Positions 24,946 to 32,967 of a stretch of DNA of 64,000 bases are shown here, in pieces. The notes beneath the pieces were generated by a model. The model was not told the DNA's origin. It saw only the letters and a program-made list of their open reading frames with translations, and searched no databases. Positions within the stretch are counted from its first letter, which is position 1; each line of letters begins with the position of its first letter. The position numbers were made by a program, and so were the translations under genes. Source of the stretch: an uncultured Oscillospiraceae bacterium (GTDB lineage Bacteria; Bacillota; Clostridia; Christensenellales; CAG-314); assembly GCA_964533825.1 (NCBI GenBank), contig CAZHMU010000005.1, positions 31,599 to 95,598 of the forward strand. The letters run 5' to 3'.

Positions 24946-25512
24946 ATGCATCGCAGGAATCACGCACTTTACCTTGCCATCACTGCAATGTTTGCAGCAT
25001 TGCTCTTTGGCGGTAAACAGGCATTGGCAGTATTGCCCAATATCGAAATAGTCACTATTGTCACAGCCCTTTGCGCTTATGTTTGGGGGCTGGGTGTTTG
25101 TCTGCCGGCAGTTTTGGTGTTTGTGATGTGTCAAGTGGCTTACTACGGCATCAACACTTGGGTCATATCCTATCTTGTGTATTGGAGCTTGGTTGCCGTA
25201 GCATTTTGGTCGCTTGGAAAACTCAAACTCAACAAAGTTCTAACAGTTGTGGTCGCAACGGCTATGGCAGTTGTATTCACTGCATTTTTTGGCATGCTTA
25301 CAAGCGCAGTGGACACTTGCATCGGCTACATCCAAGGTCAAGGTTTCTACTTTGATTTTGACAATTTTGTACAGCGCTTTGTAGCAATGTACCTTGCAGG
25401 TGTATCCTTCTACGTCACACACATCTTGTGCAACCTTGCGCTGTTTGCCACCGCATTTTTGCCCCTTGTCAAACTCAACCAAAAGGCAAAACTTCGATTG
25501 TTTGGCGAGTAG
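24946..25512 (+). CDS. small 6-TM membrane protein, probable ECF-type S component (CbrT-like cobalamin candidate)
   Basis: 188 aa, all hydrophobic helices. It is the second gene behind the B12 riboswitch and the DUF4430 gene. No convincing RBS precedes ATG 24946, so the start is uncertain. Confidence 0.5.
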   Translation: MHRRNHALYLAITAMFAALLFGGKQALAVLPNIEIVTIVTALCAYVWGLGVCLPAVLVFVMCQVAYYGINTWVISYLVYWSLVAVAFWSLGKLKLNKVLTVVVATAMAVVFTAFFGMLTSAVDTCIGYIQGQGFYFDFDNFVQRFVAMYLAGVSFYVTHILCNLALFATAFLPLVKLNQKAKLRLFGE

Positions 25513-25660
25513 CATAAGTGCCATCAATGTGCAATAAAATAGTAAAACGGTACACGCTAAAAAAAATGAACATTTATCGCCAATGGGCAACGCAAACTTG
25601 CCTACAGTCAAAAATCGCGCCAAATTCTTTACGTAAAAACAAGTTTTTGGTGGTAAAAAC

Positions 25661-25689
25661 TTGACCGATAATCAATTTGGCTGTATAAT
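25661..25689 (+). promoter_or_regulatory. promoter of FMN_bind gene 1
   Basis: TTGACC, 17 nt, TATAAT. Confidence 0.6.
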
Positions 25690-25755
25690 TGTGGTACATG
25701 AAGGCTCTTTGAAACAAAGATCCTTTATAATCTAAAAATCAAGGAGAAAACAAAA

Positions 25756-26220
25756 ATGAAAAAAGTTCTTGTACTTGCACTCGTAGCTGTTATGGTATTT
25801 GCAGTATGCTCTTTGACAGCTTGCGGTGTAAACACTTACACAGGCGAATGCTCTTACGAATCTTGGGGCACAACATATGGTTGCAAAGTTGACGTTACAG
25901 TTAACGGCAAAGGCGTTATCACATCCGTAAAACTTTGGTCTGACGAAGATACTGGTTGGGTTAGAACAACTTCCGCTGACCGTTGGGATGGTACATCTCT
26001 CGGTATCGGTTACGAAGCTGCAGAAGCTGCTTACGCAGATTACCTCAAGCTCTTCAAAGGTAAGACTGTAGAAGAAGTTATGGCTATCGACGTTGAAGTT
26101 AACGCTCTCATCCAAGTGGTTGAAGACGATTGGTCCATTGCTGGTGCAACAGTATCCGCTGCACGTATCGTTGCTGCTGTTCAAGATGCTCTTAGCCAAA
26201 TCCCAGCTGACGCTGAATAA
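25756..26220 (+). CDS. FMN-binding-domain lipoprotein (flavinylation substrate), paralog 1
   Basis: Lipobox SLTAC. The C-terminal IAGATVSAARIVAAV is the S/TGAT flavinylation-site context of FMN_bind domains. Confidence 0.75.
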   Translation: MKKVLVLALVAVMVFAVCSLTACGVNTYTGECSYESWGTTYGCKVDVTVNGKGVITSVKLWSDEDTGWVRTTSADRWDGTSLGIGYEAAEAAYADYLKLFKGKTVEEVMAIDVEVNALIQVVEDDWSIAGATVSAARIVAAVQDALSQIPADAE

Positions 26221-26250
26221 TTGAATTAGCAAAACACAAACAAAAACAAA

Positions 26251-26282
26251 GGCATTTGCACAACGCAAGTGTCTTTTTGTTT
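26251..26282 (+). terminator. terminator after paralog 1
   Basis: GGCATTTGC/GCAAGTGTC stem (with G-U pairs) plus T-run. Confidence 0.5.
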
Positions 26283-26469
26283 GTGGAGCAAATCTCACTT
26301 TTACTCAAACATTTATCAATAAGCAGGGGCTATCAAATCTATGGTGCTGTTTGTCAAGACTAAAAATAGGCTCGCACTAACAATTGCCATAAACAAACCT
26401 GTCGCAATAGCATAGACAAAAATTTATACGCCCCAACAAAAAATCTATGAAAATTATGTTTTCAACCGC

Positions 26470-26498
26470 TTGACCTATGGCAAGAATAAATATACAAT
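26470..26498 (+). promoter_or_regulatory. promoter of FMN_bind gene 2
   Basis: TTGACC, 17 nt, TACAAT. Confidence 0.55.
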
Positions 26499-26551
26499 GC
26501 TAATTGTATGAAAGTCTTTTCATAACAATATTATTCAAGGAGAACACTAAA

Positions 26552-27001
26552 ATGAAAAAGATTCTTGTTATTGCTCTTACAGTAATCATGGTTGTTTCCG
26601 CTTTCGCTCTTACAGCTTGCGCACAACCACAAACAGTTACAGGCGAATGCTCTTACGAATCCTATGGCACAAAATATGGTTGCAAAGTTGACGTTACAGT
26701 TCAAAACGGCATCATCACAGCAGTTAAACTCTACACAGACGAAGAAACTGGTTGGGTTAGAACAACCGCTCCATACGGTAACTGGTCTCAAGAACAATTT
26801 GACGCTGCTGAAGGCGCTTACGCTGAATACCTTGATAAATTTGTTGGTATGACAGTTGAACAAGCAAACGCTATCGTTGCTACAGCTACAGCTGAGGGTC
26901 AATCAGTCGAAACTGAAGGTTGGGCTATTGCTGGCGCAACAGTATCTTCCGCTCGTATCATCGTTGCTATTCAAAACGCTCTTAGCAAACTTGCTGCTTA
27001 A
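26552..27001 (+). CDS. FMN-binding-domain lipoprotein, paralog 2
   Basis: The true start is Met17 of the track ORF (AAGGAG RBS). Lipobox ALTAC. IAGATVSSARIIVAI is present, and there are long nucleotide-identical runs with paralog 1. Confidence 0.75.
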   Translation: MKKILVIALTVIMVVSAFALTACAQPQTVTGECSYESYGTKYGCKVDVTVQNGIITAVKLYTDEETGWVRTTAPYGNWSQEQFDAAEGAYAEYLDKFVGMTVEQANAIVATATAEGQSVETEGWAIAGATVSSARIIVAIQNALSKLAA

Positions 27002-27028
27002 TTAGCAAACAAAACACAAACAAAACAA

Positions 27029-27060
27029 AGGCATTGCACATTGCAGTGCCTTTTTTGTTT
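27029..27060 (+). terminator. terminator after paralog 2
   Basis: AAGGCATTGCA/TGCAGTGCCTT plus T6. Confidence 0.6.
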
Positions 27061-27211
27061 TGCATATTTATTTATGTATTACCATACACAATCATTATTC
27101 TTGTTGCCAAAACACAAGTATTTGTGGTAAAATGCTATTACTGAAATTTTGGCGCTGTCTTGGTGATGTAATCAAATTGACATTGCACTTGACAATGCCC
27201 CAAAGGAAACT

Positions 27212-29224
27212 ATGAAAAAACTCTTTTTGACAATGTTGATACTTTCAATTTTGTTTGTCACGCTTGTGCCCAGTTGCGCAAGCGCACTTTCCGTTACAGA
27301 AAGCGAAAAGAGCTACCAACCCCACGAAAACGACTACACTTTGTACTCCATTGCCGACAAAGATGGCAACCCTGTGGGGGTTAGTTTTTCCAAAAGCTAT
27401 TTTGGTTCAAGCGGAATTTCCCTGTCCATCCAAATGTACTCCGACCCAAACGGCCTTGACTTGAACTTTTGGATTGGTTCACAAACGCTCACATCCACTC
27501 AACTTGCAACCCGCAACCGGGTAGTGGAGTTGTTCGATACCATCGATGCCACAACCAACCTGGTGGACTCCGTTGCCAACACCCAGTACGATGGACAAAA
27601 TGGCAAACCCACGTCCGACGTGTACCGCTACAACCAAGCAAAACAAGGCGACACATTGCAAATTGACTACCACACCTACATGATGCTTTCGCTTGGTCGC
27701 GAGATGTACGATTTGACCAACCACGCCTTCAATCCGGCAATCTACCGACTGGTGGACTTGTGGGGATTTTCCAGCCGAATCTACTCCAACGTCAACTTTG
27801 GTTTGCCTTACGACCGCCAAGTGACCCGTGCCGAGTGGTCAGCCAACGGCTATCCATTGCCTGACCAAAAGTATGTCACAGCATTTAGTAACCCCAACTT
27901 TACCGATTTTTCTCAAAACGCAGTAGTATTGACGGAGCAAAACGGCAACTACTACGTTACAAAAAACGTTGCGCCCGCCGTTGTTGATGGCGTGGAGTAC
28001 GACCAATGGATTGACCTTGGTGGTATTGCCAAAGGGTATGTCGTAGACCTTGTCAAGCAACAGATAACCGCTCTTGGACAAACTCGCTATTTGGTGGATG
28101 CTGGCACAAGTAGTCAAAGCTACGGCTATAACTATGGCGGCAACAATGTGGAAATGCGCATTGTCAACCCATTTGACGAGTACGCAAGCTTTTTCCCAAC
28201 ACCTTTGGTTGGATTTGAGCTTGCCAACAGAGCAATTTCCACAAGCGGTCAGTACGTGCGCAAATACACAACCAATGGTATCGAGTACGCCCACATCATT
28301 GACGGCACAAAGGGAGCGCCAGCACAAACAGGCATCAAGTCCATCACACTGACCATTCCTGATGACGATGGCAGTGGCTACTGGGCTTGCAAAGCTGATT
28401 GTCTCTCCACCGCAATGACAGTTTTGGGTCGTGACGGCATCGTCAACTTCTGCAACAGCGCATTTTTTGCCGAAAACAATGTGGACATTTTGGTTTTGCA
28501 CGAAACAATCGATGGGCGCAAACAAGTGCTGTCCAACATGGACCAAAGCCAGATGACCTACCAAGCGGAAGCTTTGCAAGAGTTTTCGTGGAACTTGAAA
28601 AAGGTAAATGATGTTTGGACGTATGATGGCAACGCCGAGCTAATTGAACTACCCAAAACAGACTACACTTGGCTGCTTGTTGTTTTGGCGGTGGTAGTGG
28701 TGGCATTGTTTGCAGTGGTTGTAGTTGCAAGATACACAGTCCACAAGCAAAAGAGTCAACAAAACATCCACAACGCAAAAAAGGACAAGTTTTTCAAGCC
28801 GGCGGACGTGATGGTGTACCTTGCGGTTGTGTTGGTGATTGTGGTGCTGTTTTCCGTATTTTTTGGCGAAAGTAGCAACGCTTACCAAAACATCCAAACG
28901 GTGTCCGTCGTGGATATGCATACAAACCAAGTGTTGTTTGTGTACGACACACTCCGCAATGAGTACCAAATTGCCGAAAACTCCCCTTGGGCAATCACTG
29001 TGACACCAAAAGCCGATGGCATTGTTGTCCGCCTGGAAGGGGAAATTGACGGCGAACAACACTTCAACGAAGTTACCATCACAGTTGGCTCACAGCCCAC
29101 AGCAAAAATGACAGACTCCATCTGCGGTTTCCACCAAGATTGTGTGCGCAACTTTGGCACAATGACCACCGCAGGACAATCCATCGTGTGCAGTCCAAAC
29201 TACTTAAAGGTGGTTACCGAGTAA
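27212..29224 (+). CDS. apbE: FAD:protein FMN transferase (ApbE) fused through two TM helices to a NusG_II (DUF1312) domain
   Basis: A signal peptide is followed by an ApbE body with DLGGIAKGYVVD. TM helices are LLVVLAVVVVALFAVVVVA and VMVYLAVVLVIVVLFSVFF. The C-terminal NusG_II-like part reads ...CGFHQDCV...GQSIVCSPNYLKVV. Confidence 0.8.
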   Translation: MKKLFLTMLILSILFVTLVPSCASALSVTESEKSYQPHENDYTLYSIADKDGNPVGVSFSKSYFGSSGISLSIQMYSDPNGLDLNFWIGSQTLTSTQLATRNRVVELFDTIDATTNLVDSVANTQYDGQNGKPTSDVYRYNQAKQGDTLQIDYHTYMMLSLGREMYDLTNHAFNPAIYRLVDLWGFSSRIYSNVNFGLPYDRQVTRAEWSANGYPLPDQKYVTAFSNPNFTDFSQNAVVLTEQNGNYYVTKNVAPAVVDGVEYDQWIDLGGIAKGYVVDLVKQQITALGQTRYLVDAGTSSQSYGYNYGGNNVEMRIVNPFDEYASFFPTPLVGFELANRAISTSGQYVRKYTTNGIEYAHIIDGTKGAPAQTGIKSITLTIPDDDGSGYWACKADCLSTAMTVLGRDGIVNFCNSAFFAENNVDILVLHETIDGRKQVLSNMDQSQMTYQAEALQEFSWNLKKVNDVWTYDGNAELIELPKTDYTWLLVVLAVVVVALFAVVVVARYTVHKQKSQQNIHNAKKDKFFKPADVMVYLAVVLVIVVLFSVFFGESSNAYQNIQTVSVVDMHTNQVLFVYDTLRNEYQIAENSPWAITVTPKADGIVVRLEGEIDGEQHFNEVTITVGSQPTAKMTDSICGFHQDCVRNFGTMTTAGQSIVCSPNYLKVVTE

Positions 29225-29240
29225 CGAATATATGCAATTT

Positions 29241-29266
29241 CGTAGGGGAGGGGTTTCCTCTCCTGA
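29241..29266 (+). repeat. H-family hairpin copy
   Basis: cGTAGGGGAGGGGtttCCTCTCCTGA. Confidence 0.65.
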
Positions 29267-29294
29267 TGTAGTCAAATTGTAAATATTGGTTAAT

Positions 29295-29320
29295 TACAGG
29301 GGCGAATTGTGGTCACCCAT
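29295..29320 (+). repeat. H-family hairpin copy (degenerate)
   Basis: TACAGGGGCGAattgtGGTCACCCAT. Confidence 0.5.
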
Positions 29321-29446
29321 ACAATCACCAACTCAACTACATCAAAGTTGTTACTGGCTAATATCTGCCCATTTTAGCATAATATTTTTGTTGGTTACAA
29401 TCCCGTAGGGACCACCTGCATACCTTTGCAATTTGGAGCCAATGAA

Positions 29447-29490
29447 GGCCCCCCGCTGGGGGAGCTCCTGCGTGAGCAGGTGAGAGGGCC
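29447..29490 (+). repeat. S-family nested hairpin copy (variant first arm)
   Basis: GGCCCCCCGCTGGGGGAGCT-[CCTGC gtga GCAGG]-TGAGAGGGCC. Confidence 0.65.
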
Positions 29491-29502
29491 TTTTGAAAAT
29501 TT

Positions 29503-29550
29503 ACCCTCTCCGTCAGTCTAACAACTGCCACCTCTCCCAGAGTGAGAGGC
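29503..29550 (-). repeat. T-variant nested hairpin copy
   Basis: The reverse complement GCCTCTCACTCTGGGAGAGGTGGCAGTTGTTAGACTGACGGAGAGGGT is about 90 percent identical by eye to 59539..59586. Confidence 0.75.
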
Positions 29551-29720
29551 ATAAAGCAAATACGGCCATTTGTTGTAATGCATTATGGTATGTAAAAAAA
29601 ATTGTATGCGACCAACAAATATTGATGGATACAAAATCACAATCCGTTACACGTAACAACAAACTATCACTCACAAAATTCATGCACATCAAACACTCTC
29701 ACTCCAAAGGAACAAATCCT

Positions 29721-30428
29721 ATGCCAACACTCAACACAAAAACTAAATATTTCAATGCCAAACGCATTGCAACGTTGTCGGTGTTGTGCGCAATGGGACT
29801 AATTATGTTCATGGTGGAAAGCCTGTTTCCCCCATTGTTTTTGCCCGGTGCAAAAATGGGTCTTTCCAACATCTTTTCTATGCTGACGCTGTTTTTGCTT
29901 GGCCCAGTGGATGCTCTTGTAGTTGTGGTTGTACGCACAGTGCTTGGTAGTTTGTTTGGTGGTGGCGTTTCCACACTTATGTACAGCTTGACGGCAGGCA
30001 TTGTTTCGGTGGTAGTTTCCGCATTTTTGGTAGAGTTTGTCTATCCAAATGCCAGTATCATTGCCATTTCCATTGTGTCGGCAATTTGCCACAACATCAC
30101 GCAAAACGTGGTATTTTGTTTGGTATCTAACACTCCAGAAATGTTTAGCTATATGCCTTGGCTGGCACTTGTTGGCATCTTGGCAGGACTGATTGTTGGC
30201 TTTGCCGTGAACTTGATTTTGCGCGCGTTGCCAAATGGATTGATGCTTTCCCTCTTGCCACGTATTGAGCAAACAGACCCATCAACAGTGCAAACCGCAT
30301 CAAAAAACAAGCCCAAAGTTGTAGTTATTGTTGCGCAAGACGACCCACAGACAAATGCCTCAATGCAAACCATCGACCAATCACAACCAACGGAACAAGC
30401 GACGACAGTTAACAAAATAGAACAGTAA
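29721..30428 (+). CDS. Gx transporter family membrane protein (Hpre_diP_synt_I domain)
   Basis: The true start is Met77 of the track ORF (AAAGGA RBS); the upstream part is repeat-derived. Conserved FMVESLFPP...PGAKMGLSNIF is present with ~5 TM helices and a hydrophilic C-tail. Confidence 0.7.
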   Translation: MPTLNTKTKYFNAKRIATLSVLCAMGLIMFMVESLFPPLFLPGAKMGLSNIFSMLTLFLLGPVDALVVVVVRTVLGSLFGGGVSTLMYSLTAGIVSVVVSAFLVEFVYPNASIIAISIVSAICHNITQNVVFCLVSNTPEMFSYMPWLALVGILAGLIVGFAVNLILRALPNGLMLSLLPRIEQTDPSTVQTASKNKPKVVVIVAQDDPQTNASMQTIDQSQPTEQATTVNKIEQ

Positions 30429-30471
30429 AACTGCTGGCACAAATTTCCTTGATGGCATATTTTTACCAAAA

Positions 30472-30498
30472 TGTAGGGGCGACCTGTGGTCGTCCGCA
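30472..30498 (+). repeat. H-family hairpin copy
   Basis: tGTAGGGGCGACCtgtGGTCGTCCGCA; 25 of 26 nt identical to the copy at 58632. Confidence 0.75.
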
Positions 30499-30604
30499 AA
30501 AATATGTACGAGCATAAACTTAATACAATAACAAATTATTGTTTATTTTCCAAGATTAATTATCATTTGTAAAATCAATTACTAATTGCAACAACGGGTA
30601 ATAT

Positions 30605-31420
30605 ATGAAAAAAATTCTCACCTTCAACGATATGTCTGCTCTTGGCAACTGCTCTTTGGCAGTCAATTTGCCAATTTTTTCTCACTTGGGACACACCTGT
30701 GTGCCAGTGGTGACGGCTCACTACTCGGCGCAAACCGGCTTTGGCAAGTATCACGTTTTGCCCAACCAAAGTGTGCAAATTTTTGCCGAGGACGTGTTGC
30801 AAAAAATCCAAGCGGATGCAGTGTATGTTGGCTTTTGTCAATGCACCAACACCCTTGCACAAGTCACAACAGTAGTGCGAAACATCCAAAACGCATTTGT
30901 TTTGGTAGACCCAATCATGGGCGACAACGGCAAACTGTACCCAGTTTTTGATGCCGACTATGTCGATGCGATGAAACAACTTGTCAAGTACGCCGATGTC
31001 ATTACTCCCAACCTTACGGAAGCTTGTTTGCTTGCCGACGTGAGCTACGCGGATGTGATTGCCTGCCAAAATGAACCCACATTTTTGGCAATTGTTGGCA
31101 AGGTTTTTACTGACTTCCTTGCAAAAACTGGCGCAAAAAGCGCTGTTATCACAGGAGTGCCTTGCGGAGATTTGATTGGCAACGTTGTACTCACAAAGGA
31201 TGGCGTACGTTTTGTCACAAATGCTCGCACCCACATCAACTACTCCGGCACAGGCGACTTGTTTAGCTCCGTTGTGATGGGCGAAATGCTTTGCTCTTGC
31301 AATTTGTTGCAAGCAACGCAACTTGCCGCCATTTTTGTTGGTAACTGTGCAAGTCAAACACAGCGCACCGATACCAAATTTGGTGTTGACTTTGCTCCCC
31401 TTTTGCCCACGTTGAAGTAA
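30605..31420 (+). CDS. pdxK: pyridoxal/pyridoxamine kinase (ribokinase superfamily)
   Basis: 271 aa. The PdxK-type N-terminus reads ILTFNDMSALGNCSLAVNLPIFSHLGH.CVPVVTA, with the C-terminal GTGDLFSS motif. Confidence 0.75.
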   Translation: MKKILTFNDMSALGNCSLAVNLPIFSHLGHTCVPVVTAHYSAQTGFGKYHVLPNQSVQIFAEDVLQKIQADAVYVGFCQCTNTLAQVTTVVRNIQNAFVLVDPIMGDNGKLYPVFDADYVDAMKQLVKYADVITPNLTEACLLADVSYADVIACQNEPTFLAIVGKVFTDFLAKTGAKSAVITGVPCGDLIGNVVLTKDGVRFVTNARTHINYSGTGDLFSSVVMGEMLCSCNLLQATQLAAIFVGNCASQTQRTDTKFGVDFAPLLPTLK

Positions 31421-31435
31421 CAAAAAACACAACAA

Positions 31436-31466
31436 AAGGACAGCGCAATTTTGTCGTTGTCCTTGT
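31436..31466 (+). terminator. terminator after pdxK
   Basis: AAGGACAGCG / CGTTGTCCTT stem. Confidence 0.5.
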
Positions 31467-31515
31467 TATTTCAAATTATTGTCCTTTTTTTATTTCAAAT
31501 TATTGTCAAAAGAGA

Positions 31516-31550
31516 AAAGACTTTGGTTTTTCCCAAAGTCTTTTTGTTTT
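31516..31550. terminator. second hairpin between convergent pdxK and ligase genes
   Basis: AGACTTTGG / CCAAAGTCT plus T-run. Confidence 0.55.
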
Positions 31551-31645
31551 ACCTAAATTCGATTTTTTGCTAATTGTGTGAGCTGTTGTAAACTTGCATC
31601 AGCACAAGACTACAAGTTAGATCTGACAGTAATCAAACAAACTCA

Positions 31646-32818
31646 TTACATTGCGTAGTTTTTGAAGTAGTTTTGGATGAGTACAATGGGTGTACCTTTG
31701 TCGCCACTGCCACTTGTAAGGTCGGCAAGACTTGCCAACAAGTCGGTGATTCTACGTGGTGTTGTGCCTTGGCTGAGCATATTGCCTACAAGGTTGGATT
31801 GCTTTTCAGCAATCATCTTTTTCAATGCGATTTCCGCCTCTTCTTCGCTCAGTCCCGCAAGTTTGTTGTCAGCAACGTACTTCAACTTAATTTCGTTTGG
31901 TGTGCCAACAAGTCCACTTGTGAATGCTGGCGAGCAAACAGGGTCAGCAAGCTCCCAAATGCCACCAACAGGGTCCTTGAAAGCGCCATCGCCGTATACC
32001 ATACACTCCAACATTTTGCCAGTTTTTTCAAAGATGAGTTTTTGCACGCGCAAAACAAAGCTTTCGCAGTCGCGTGGGAACAGTTTAACACTGTCTTCTG
32101 TTGCAAGGTTGCTACCCAAAATGCCGTAGTCCTTGTTGTAACCAGAGCCGTCAACAGAGTGTGTCATAAACTCGTCCAAAGAGCAAACCTTCTCTGCGCC
32201 TGCCTTCAATAGCAGTGCCTTTGTTTGCTTGCGAGTGTGGATGTCGGCATTGATCACAAACTTTGTGTGTTTCAAAATCTCGCAAGGGTTGTTTGCCAAG
32301 ATAACTTGACAGTTACCAATTTCTTGGTAGTAGTCGATGTAGTCCACTCCTGTAAACACGTGTTTTACGTCACCAAATGTGTTGTGGAACTCTTCGGCAG
32401 TAAACACGTCTGTGTAGGGGTTTACGCCCTTTTCCATCAGTTGCTCGGTGGTAACAAAGCTGTTGCCCACTTCGTCACTTGGGTAGGAAAGTTGTACAAT
32501 CAGTTTTTTTGTGCCCATACTGATAGCCTTCAACAGCATGGAAAATCTGTTGCGCGAAAGAATTGGCAACACAAGACCAACGGTTTCGTCGCCAAACTTT
32601 TCGTGTACGTCCTTGGCAATTTGTTCCAGTGTTGCGTAGTTGCCTTGCGCGCGACCAAGTACCGCTTCGGTAACGGCAACAACGTCTTTGTCGTTCAGTT
32701 CAAATCCGCCATTTACTGATGCGTTCACAATGCAATCAGCAACAATTTGTGCAAGGTCGTCGCCTTTTTTGATGATAGGTGCTCGTATTCCACGAGATAT
32801 TGTACCTTGGTAGTCCAT
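31646..32818 (-). CDS. CofE-like gamma-glutamyl ligase family protein (F420_ligase domain), substrate unknown
   Basis: The N-terminus GIRAPIIKKGDDLAQIV...VVAVTEAVLGRAQGN and the C-terminal GDGAFKDP region are typical of the family. At 390 aa it is longer than archaeal CofE. Confidence 0.65.
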   Translation of the reverse strand: MDYQGTISRGIRAPIIKKGDDLAQIVADCIVNASVNGGFELNDKDVVAVTEAVLGRAQGNYATLEQIAKDVHEKFGDETVGLVLPILSRNRFSMLLKAISMGTKKLIVQLSYPSDEVGNSFVTTEQLMEKGVNPYTDVFTAEEFHNTFGDVKHVFTGVDYIDYYQEIGNCQVILANNPCEILKHTKFVINADIHTRKQTKALLLKAGAEKVCSLDEFMTHSVDGSGYNKDYGILGSNLATEDSVKLFPRDCESFVLRVQKLIFEKTGKMLECMVYGDGAFKDPVGGIWELADPVCSPAFTSGLVGTPNEIKLKYVADNKLAGLSEEEAEIALKKMIAEKQSNLVGNMLSQGTTPRRITDLLASLADLTSGSGDKGTPIVLIQNYFKNYAM

Positions 32819-32967
32819 TGTGTACCCCCAATTGTTTTATATTACTTTAAGATTTTACAACTTTTGCACAGTTTAGTCAATAAATCTAAAATAAAAGATG
32901 TTGCAAACTTACAAAAAAAATGGACGCAACCTTTGTTGCGCCCATTTGCTGTTTTTTACAAGTTGGA

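Noticed and set aside
25513-25755. FMN riboswitch upstream of the FMN_bind lipoprotein genes.
   Set aside because: No conserved FMN-element segments were recognisable. The region contains just a promoter and a short leader.
29358-29552. Small ORFs encoding ...PLTLGEVAV(V/A)RLTER... (29358..29552 minus strand and 59432..59629 plus strand).
   Set aside because: Both are the same T-variant repeat read in its one open frame, in opposite genomic orientations. They have no RBS and different flanks, so they are repeat artefacts rather than a gene family.
31465-31508. Tandem 18-nt direct repeat TTATTTCAAATTATTGTC x2 between pdxK and the ligase gene.
   Set aside because: There are only two copies, sandwiched between two terminator hairpins in an AT-rich convergent spacer. 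Slippage duplication is the likely cause, and there is no evidence of function.
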